Source of the DNA: Eledone cirrhosa
Taxonomy: Eukaryota
Assembly: GCA_964016885.1 (NCBI GenBank)
Contig: OZ024741.1
Coordinates: 344,968,001 to 345,032,000 of the forward strand
Direction: 5' to 3'
DNA: 64,000 nucleotides
How positions within the stretch are numbered: the first letter of the stretch is position 1; each line of letters begins with the position of its first letter. The position numbers were made by a program, and so were the translations under genes. The notes below the pieces were generated by a model. The model saw only the letters and a program-made list of their open reading frames with translations. It was not told the origin of the DNA and searched no databases. Below, piece after piece: positions 53,927-64,000 of this stretch.

Positions 53927-54315
53927 ATAAACAACTAAAAAGTGTTCCTTACATGACCCGGAATGGTTTTTTTAGAAATAAGTTCACGTCAGAGTTCATT
54001 CTACGTAAAAAAACATGTATTGATTTTGCAGTAGGTCAAGGGAGATAACTCTAACCGGTGTTAGAGCAGTATTTTCCGGGCGACTTTTTATCCGTTATTA
54101 CTATGTGGTTACTACTTTACCATTGTCGATACACACAGGGTCAGGTATGCAACATTAGTTTCGAGATGTTTGCTGCGCCTGCCCGCCTGGCTCAATTCAT
54201 GCCGGGTCTGGGATGCATGGTTAGTTTCCGGATGTTTTTTGGAGCGTCTGCCTACCGGGGTGTCAAAGTTTGGTGCAGGGTGACCCGGTTTATGGTTTCC
54301 ACTCCTCGTTCTTAT

Positions 54316-54756
54316 TCATCTGGAGTAGGATATTTTTAAGCGGTGTGTACAACTTATCGTCGTTTCAGCTCTGCTGTTGATGAGCTCGTGGGGTGCCGTT
54401 GTGATATGGTAGAGCTCCATGAGGCAAGGCTCGCACTTCCTCTTGAAGTTGTACGGTGCTGCTCTGCTGACAATTTCCCAGTGCATGGAGAAGCTGATGT
54501 TTGAGTCTTTTAATGCTATGGTATAGTTCGCGAGCGAAGTGGAGTGTCTTAGTTTCTTGTTTTCGAAAGAGTGGAGATGTGTTCGAAATTTATTTTTGAA
54601 CGGGCCAGAGGTAGCCCCAATATAATGTTTAGCACTATTATGGCTAGTTACGGTGCACCTATATATAACCCTATCAGTCAGGCAGTTACCCCTAAGTGGG
54701 CAGCGTCCCCTGTCGCGGCAGTTTAAATTTCGGTCGCGGTCCCTTCTAGTTCCCAC
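54316..54756 (-). CDS. GIY-YIG endonuclease domain of Penelope-like element (fragment)
   Basis: Cx5Cx5C linker, VIY...YIG, FK.K...H..SF, CxxCxxE, N.R.E and CxH motifs. Confidence 0.85.
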   Translation of the reverse strand: MGTRRDRDRNLNCRDRGRCPLRGNCLTDRVIYRCTVTSHNSAKHYIGATSGPFKNKFRTHLHSFENKKLRHSTSLANYTIALKDSNISFSMHWEIVSRAAPYNFKRKCEPCLMELYHITTAPHELINSRAETTISCTHRLKISYSR

Positions 54757-54789
54757 GGTAAGGCTATTATTATTACTACATATATTATT

Positions 54790-54820
<31 letters not shown>

Positions 54821-54884
54821 CATGTATCTTATATATATATATATTATATATATATATACACATATATATTATATATATATATAT

Positions 54885-54942
<58 letters not shown>

Positions 54943-55283
54943 TATTATATACATAAAGTTGGTACCACAACATCCAGTCCAAATAAATGAGATAGAGATT
55001 GTGTAGGTGTCACGAGAAAAAAACACACAGTCCACGCTGTAATGTGGCCGTGTAGGTAACACGGTAAAAAGTTCCCAGTTCCGCACTGTAAATGTGGTTG
55101 GTGTTAGGAAGGGCATCCAGCCGTAGAAAACCTGCCAGATAGTCCTATATGAGCGAGACACAGTCACCCGACCAAACCTTGCCTCAGGTGGGACAACTCC
55201 CGTTTAACCCATACTAGCGTGGAAAGTGGACGTTAAACGAAGATGATGATGATGATGATACATATATATATATATTTACATAT

Positions 55284-55369
<86 letters not shown>

Positions 55370-55574
55370 TATATATATATATATTGAGGATTTGATCAGA
55401 GGTAAATAATGTATTGGAGATCGAGTGACGCAACTTCAAGCGATGAGCGACCTCTAGACTCACCTGATCAATGAAACAATTGTTAATACCTGAAATAAAG
55501 CCCCTTGTTGTACTGCCAACCATGTTACTCTTCAATCTTTCACTATATATATATATACATATATATATATATAC

Positions 55575-55605
<31 letters not shown>

Positions 55606-55879
55606 CACAAATAAATGGCTGAGTTAATAACTCATATTAATACCCCGTAATTAACAAGTTCAAATTGGCAGTATCGGTAGAGGGTCGGACGCCATGCTTT
55701 CCAGCATAGTTACGTCCCTTTATGATCTGAGTTCAAATCCCGCCGAGGTTGACCTCTTACGGGGTCGATAAAATAAAGTACCAGTAATGCACTGGTTAAT
55801 TGCTGGCCTTGTGCCTAAAGTAGAAACAATTATATAATAATATGTGGTATTTCAACCCTCGTAATTTAGACACACAATT

Positions 55880-55918
<39 letters not shown>

Positions 55919-55923
55919 AGGTA

Positions 55924-56037
55924 ACACAACAGTTAGTTCACCATACCGAGAACAATTGTTTCACCTTAGTGGATCCTCAGCTGAGGATCCACTAAGGTGA
56001 AACAATTGTTCTCGGTATGGTGAACTAACTGTTGTGT
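55924..56037. repeat. Perfect 114-bp palindrome containing a hammerhead core
   Basis: 57-bp arms checked base by base; centre CCTCAG|CTGAGG. Confidence 0.97.
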
Positions 56038-56110
56038 AATCTCTTCTACCTAACTTGTCCCATGGACTGAGTGCTCTACCACTACAGATATTACCTTCCA
56101 GTGTTCTACT

Positions 56111-56186
<76 letters not shown>

Positions 56187-56189
56187 CAC

Positions 56190-56231
<42 letters not shown>

Positions 56232-56577
56232 GTATCCACAGTAAGTTGTGGGGTCTATTCTGTATGAAGAACTCAATGTAATCCATATGTTGAAAATGTT
56301 TTAGGTTAAGATAAATCTCAGAAAAACAATAAAACATTAAAAGGAAAACAGAGTCATGATATAAGTTAAAACAATGAAATAAAAAATCAAGTCATTAGAG
56401 ATATACTTAAACAGCTGGTGATATGCATGTAAGTAAATATTCTCACTATCTGATAGTTTGTAAACTTACATAGATCAATAACTGAGTATAGATACAATGT
56501 ATTATCACCATCTAGAAACGATCGTAAAGCAGTGAAGTATATCTCTAATGACTTGATTTTTTATTTCATTGTTTTAA

Positions 56578-56647
<70 letters not shown>

Positions 56648-56991
56648 TATGTAGTAATAAACACAGTAAAACATATAGTTCACAACACACACATACTTAT
56701 TACATGTATGTGTATGAAAGAAGGGGGAAGTTTTTATGTATATGGGCAGAATTTTATTTTATTTTCCATTTTACTTCTGTTTTTCTTAATTATATTTTGT
56801 TTTGTTACTTTTTTATTATTATTTTATTTAGTTTTCCATTTTCGTCAGAGTTAACGAAGACTTCAAATAAATGTCACATCTTATAGACAGAAACATTTCT
56901 GCCCTTTTGTTGAATTTATTTGTCTCCCTTTGTTGTGATTTTGTTTTTCTCATTGCTTCAGACGCACAAATACATACATACATGTACGCGA

Positions 56992-57044
<53 letters not shown>

Positions 57045-58286
57045 GCTTGCGGAAGTTAAGCCGAGGCTGCCTGAACCTGCGGCCAGATCTCCAACCCAAT
57101 AGGTTGAATAATGAAAACAAAGAATGCTAGGTTTAGTGCTTAAGTAGTTTATTGATTTATGATAGTTTCAAAAGGTTGAGTGAACCATATCGATATATTG
57201 ACTAATCAATATCAGTTACAGTATGTAACTCCATATTATCAGTCTCTATAGATCTATATCACCATTCTTGTTAGAAACAATATACATATATGCACGTTTG
57301 CGTGCATGTATGTGTATGTGCGTGCACGTTTGAAATGATGAAATCCAAACTCAGAAATCGCTAATAGCCTTAGAAAAATGCGTAAAGTATATATACATGT
57401 GTGTGTATAGTCGATTTTCTGTGTAGAGTAATTTCCCTTAGTTTCAAATAAATAAGCCTAAAGATTACTCTCCCTTTATGAATTAGGAACATAGAGTTAT
57501 CGCCTCTGTCCTTTAACTTAGACCAGGATTATAAACAACATTCACTACGAGAAATTATTTATGGGTTTGACCTGTTACAAATAGCAGTGGAATATCCCTT
57601 AAATCACATCACGCCACTTTGGAAACGCATTAGATAATGTAATCATATATACACAGTACAAATGGTTTAGTCACGGCTGGAATGCCTTTGATCATAGGTC
57701 TGCTTAGTTTGGGTTTATCTGTGTCTAAACAACAACAGTTTGTTTGACTTGCTATATATAACAACCAAATTACCCCACCGTCGTAGAACAGAATGGACGC
57801 GTCCCAGAATGTAGTCGTAATTATACACAAAAGCAAAATAGCTGACCATGGCTGGCTTACGTTTATCTTGTTTTGCTCTGACATAGAATTAAACAGAAAG
57901 AACGCTAACACACGATATGGCTTCATGTGAGCATAGTAAACAAGGTATGGACAATAATGTTTTGACTATCGGCACTGCTTAATCGACGATTTATTTTTAA
58001 TGTCTGTGGCATTGAATTGAGTTAGAAATTGTGAACAGCGCTAGAGCGAATCACCTGACAAGGAAAGTGGATTTATTTGATCGTTTCAAATCGTATTTTT
58101 CTCTCTTTAGAAAAATAAAATTTCCCGTGATTATAGAAAAGACTCACTATGTTCACAGCTGAAATAGTTCTGATTATACAGCTACTTAAGCAAAGTTGAC
58201 TTAGAGGCTAGACAACAACAATCAGTTTCGTACAAATAAGTACAATTTACAGAATTGTTTATTAAACCAAAAATACAGACATATGT

Positions 58287-58385
<99 letters not shown>

Positions 58386-58820
58386 GTGTATATATATATA
58401 TGTGTGTTTGTGTGTGTGTTTATCAGAAGCACTACTAGAGCAAAAACTATATATGTATGTGTGTCGTAATACAGCACAAAAGATGTCAAATCATTCCTAC
58501 ATCTAAGTGGGAAACGCGTGATGTAGTAATAATTTGACACCAATTGTATTTTCCTGATACATGCATATATATATATAAGTATGCTCACGCACGCACACAC
58601 ACATCACACATATATATATATTTATATTTATACATTCATATACACACACATGTATATGCATATATTCTTTCAACTTGTCTATCATGATATCATGGGAAGA
58701 AGAGTGCTGCAGTTGTAGCTTTTTTCTTTTGTTTTTAAGTATTGATTGATATTGACAATCAGTTTTGGGGGAAAACTATAGAAGTCATATACATGGATAT
58801 GTATACATTTATATATACAC

Positions 58821-58882
<62 letters not shown>

Positions 58883-59595
58883 TATATATATATTGCTCTA
58901 GACCTTGTAAATCATTCACTGCTTTTAAAATCATGTCAGATCTGTTGAGCGAAAGCAGAGTTTGACCGAACAAGAAATAATGAGATAGGTGTCATCTAAC
59001 AATATATATATATGTGTGTGTGTTTGTGTTTGTGTTTGACTAATCAATATCAGTTACAGTATGTAATATATATGTGTGTGTTTGTGTTTGTCTCTGTGTG
59101 TGTGTGTGTTAATATGTAAGTATTAACACTGTAAAGTAGGAGACAAGCAAAAAGCACCCAGCCAACACTGTAAATGTGGTTGGTGTTAGGAAGGGCATCC
59201 AGCCGTAAAAAAACATCCAGAAACATTCCTATATGAGCGAGACATGATCAACTGATCAAAATTGCCTCTAATAGGATAAACCCGTCTAACCCATGCTAGC
59301 ATGGAAAATAGACGTTAAACAATTATGCTGATGATGATGTATGTGTGTGTGTGTGGGGAGTGATAATGCAGATATTCTGAAGAAAACAAACACATATATG
59401 TTGATATACATGTACACTGACACACACACACATAATATATATATATATATATAAGTATATATCTAAGTGTGTATATATGTGGGCACACTCATACACACAC
59501 CCATAAACATATTTATACTTATATATTTGTATATATACACATATATATATTTGTATATATATATGCGTATATATATATATATTTATTTATATATT

Positions 59596-59631
<36 letters not shown>

Positions 59632-59647
59632 AATATATAAATATATA

Positions 59648-59683
<36 letters not shown>

Positions 59684-60079
59684 CTCATATATATATTTAT
59701 ATAGTTATGTATATACACACATATATACATATATACTTGTGTGTATATATATATATATATTTAATTAGGAAGTGAACAACACTTTCTAATTAAATAGCTC
59801 TTTTCTATACTTAGAGCACTCTTTTTTCCTTTGTTTTTTCTTAGGAATTACCTAATATATATATGTAAAAACATATATATGTAATCATGCACGTCATATT
59901 TTGGTTTTTTACTCATAGTCACATGTTTAACACTAATGTTTAATCTTGTACTTATTTAATAAAAGAATATATATTCACCTTTACATACATATACACATAC
60001 ACATGCATAAACACATCCTAATTCAGTTAAATGTATTGAATTCATAACGACATAGACTTACAAATAAACATAAACAGAT

Positions 60080-60090
60080 ACATATATATG

Positions 60091-60172
<82 letters not shown>

Positions 60173-60424
60173 CATGTATATATACATATATATATGCATA
60201 TTTATGTACATGTATATATACATATATATATATGCATGTGTATGTATATATGTACATGTATATATATATATATGTATCTATATATGTATTTGTATATATA
60301 TATATGTGTATTTGTATATATATATGTATGTGTATCTCTATATATATATGTATATATATGTGTGTGTGTGTGTATATATAGCTATATGTGTGTGTATATA
60401 TATATGTATGTATATATATATATA

Positions 60425-60463
<39 letters not shown>

Positions 60464-60490
60464 ATATATAGCTGTATATATATATATATG

Positions 60491-60525
<35 letters not shown>

Positions 60526-60953
60526 ATACAAATGCATGCACACTTAAAGGAAGTCCTCGTTTTAAATATATACTAAAATATTGTATTTTTTCATTTTCTC
60601 TTTTCATACAGCAGAGAGGTTTTAGGATATGGAGTGAGCAATAGTTTTTGTTGGCATATGCATACATACTTAAAAATATATACATACTTACATTTTTTAC
60701 ATACATGTATGTACATCATTTGTATGTGTTTCCATAGATATGTATATATCTATGTATGTATATATAAATAAATAAATATTTATATATAGGAATGTATATA
60801 TATATATGAATTGTATATATATATATATATTTATTTGTGAGAATGAATGCATATAAATATATACATATACACACGCACACTTATATATATATTTGTGTGA
60901 ATGAATGCATATATATGTGTGTCTATATAATGTATACGCATGTATATATATGA

Positions 60954-60994
<41 letters not shown>

Positions 60995-61056
60995 TGTATA
61001 TATATATGTGTGTGTGTGTATATATGTATGTATATATATATGTGTGTGTGTGTGTA

Positions 61057-61094
<38 letters not shown>

Positions 61095-61268
61095 TATAAA
61101 CATATATATATATGTATATATATATATATATGTATATATTTTATGTATATATATATATATATATATAGATGTATATATATATAATATATATAGATGTATA
61201 TATGTATATGTACATATATATATATATGTATATATATATATATGTACATATATATATATATGTATATA

Positions 61269-61305
<37 letters not shown>

Positions 61306-61314
61306 CATCATCAT

Positions 61315-61363
<49 letters not shown>

Positions 61364-61432
61364 CGTATATATATATATGTATATGTATATATATACGTAT
61401 ATATATATATGTATATGTATATGTATATATAT

Positions 61433-61464
<32 letters not shown>

Positions 61465-61483
61465 GTATGTATATATATATATG

Positions 61484-61549
<66 letters not shown>

Positions 61550-61577
61550 TATAGATGTATGTATATATATATATATA

Positions 61578-61651
<74 letters not shown>

Positions 61652-62228
61652 TGTATATATAGATGTATGTATATATATATATATATATATATAGATGTAT
61701 ATATATATATATATATATATATAGATGTATATATAGATGTATGTATATATATATATATAGATATAGATATATATATATATATATAGATGTATATATATAT
61801 ATATATATAGATGTATATATAGATGTATATATACATATATATATATATAGATGTATATATATATATAGGTGTATATATATATAGATGTATATATATATAT
61901 AGATGTATATATATATAGATGTATATATATAGATGTGTATATATATAGATGTATATATATATATAGATGTATATATATATATAGATGTATATATATATAT
62001 AGATGTATATATATATAGATGTATATATATATAGATGTATATATATATAGATGTATATATATATAGATGTATATATATATAGATGTATATATATATAGAT
62101 GTATATCTATATAGGTGTGTATATATATATAGATGTATATCTATATAGGTGTGTATATATATATATATATATATATAGATATAGATATATAAATATATAG
62201 ATGTTTATATATATATAAATATATAGAT

Positions 62229-62265
<37 letters not shown>

Positions 62266-62294
62266 TGTTTATATATATACATATAGATATGTAA

Positions 62295-62339
<45 letters not shown>

Positions 62340-62350
62340 CATATATATAT
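60080..62350. repeat. Long (TA)n/(TG)n tract including an ATAGATGT(AT)n higher-order repeat at about 61550-62250
   Basis: Seen directly; similar sequence resumes after the exon and runs to 64000. Confidence 0.95.
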
Positions 62351-62484
62351 ATGTATCTGATAATAATGATGATGATATATATTTTATATATGCATCTAAA
62401 TATACATATAAAAGAAAGAAAAGCAATCGTGATGTGACTATTTTTTTTTTCTCTTAACCCTACTACCTACCGTTTTGTTTGTAG

Positions 62485-62547
62485 ATGCCCTATACCAGGA
62501 TGTGACGGTTCAGGTCATGTAACTGGCAAATATTTGACTCATCGGAG
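62485..62547 (+). CDS. MYT1L: MYT1-family exon, first part of C2HC finger [21 protein letters not shown](S)
   Basis: tttgtAG acceptor and AG|gtattt donor, 63 nt, phase 2/2. The finger is completed by an exon beyond the window. Confidence 0.94.
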
Positions 62548-62725
62548 GTATTTTTTTTTTGACATCCACACATCAGCGCACAGTTTTTCTTCAGTTTTCA
62601 TTTCCGTTGTGTTCATATTTATTTTTGTATTTAACTTATTATTATTATTATTTTTATTTTTATGATTTCTTCTTCTTATTATTATTATTATCCTTAATAT
62701 ACTTTAAGGATTTATTAATTTATTT

Positions 62726-62774
<49 letters not shown>

Positions 62775-62993
62775 GTTCCGTTTTCTGTCTGTTTTGAAGT
62801 CTATATATTATATGTTCATACACACTTGCACACAACTGCACACATTGTCACACATATACATAGATACATATGTACAGACATACAATTAAATGTACACAAA
62901 CACAAAAATAAACAATTGATGCATTAATATATATATGCATATATATATATATATATTTATATGTATGTATATATATGTATATATATATATATG

Positions 62994-63062
<69 letters not shown>

Positions 63063-63223
63063 ATATATATATATGTATATATATATGTGTATGTATATGT
63101 GTGTATATATATATATGTATATATATATGTGTATATATATATGTGTATATATATATGTATATATATATATATGTGTATGTATATATGTGTATGTATATAT
63201 GTATATATATATATGTGTATATA

Positions 63224-63269
<46 letters not shown>

Positions 63270-64000
63270 TATATATATATATATATGTGCTTAGATAGAT
63301 GTAGATACATACATATACACATTCAGGCATGCATACATACATACATGCATGCATACATTCATACGCACATCCAAACATATACATACATTTGTAGATAGTG
63401 ATAGTGACTTGCAGACAATCATATGTGTATGCATGTGTGCATTTGTATAGGCATGTTAGCATGCGTTTGAGTGTCTATATGGATTATATACACCCCTTAT
63501 AACCTGCAATGAGAAGGAAACTTTGTATGCCAATTGCACGCACGTGAGAAAATCTTTCTTGTGTGTATGTGTGTTTATTTGTGTGTGTATATATATATAT
63601 ATATATATAGTAATAATAAATATATATATATATGTATGTATATATATGTATATATATATGTATGTATATATATATATATGTATATATATGTATGTATATA
63701 TAAATATGTAGATATATGTATGTAGATATATATATGTATATATATATATGTACATATACACATACATATATATATGTACATATATACACCCACACACACA
63801 TATATATATATATATACGTATATGTTTATATAATATATATATATATATATAATATATATGTATATATATATATATACATACACACACACATATATATAAA
63901 TGTACATACACACACACACACTCATTTATATATACATACATGTATATATATACATATATATAATTGTATATGTTTATATAATATATATATATACATATAT

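Larger units (their letters stand above)
53831..54775 (-). mobile_element. 5'-truncated Penelope-like retroelement (probably Naiad/Chlamys-type)
   Basis: GIY-YIG ORF, then 3'UTR, hammerhead motif and AATAAA. Flanked by (TA)n on both sides. Confidence 0.85.

Noticed and set aside
53930-54315. Possible SECIS (ATGA-N11-AA on minus near 53975-54000)
   Set aside because: No complementary 3' strand with the GA quartet visible.

Overview
Eukaryotic genomic DNA, very rich in (TA)n/(CA)n microsatellites and SINEs. The repeat set looks octopus/cephalopod-like, which is an inference. The window is almost all intron of one + strand gene, a MYT1/MYT1L/ST18-family C2HC zinc-finger neuronal transcription factor. 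Four exons are well supported and splice in frame (15514-16801, 34040-34258, 44665-44808, 62485-62547), with one probable upstream exon (6605-6781). The gene starts and ends outside the window. The introns hold a 5'-truncated RTE LINE with an open RT frame, a Penelope-like element with a GIY-YIG nuclease, a Tx1/L1-like 3' end, an Hsmar2-like mariner, other Tc1/mariner, piggyBac- and hAT-type MITEs, two tRNA-type SINE families and several minisatellites. The most striking hidden layer is about 14 type I hammerhead-ribozyme motifs in short (TA)n-anchored, often fold-back elements. By eye, the intact ones are all antisense to the host pre-mRNA and every sense copy is damaged. Nearly all other ORFs in the track are microsatellite artefacts. 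All calls were made by eye without database searches.
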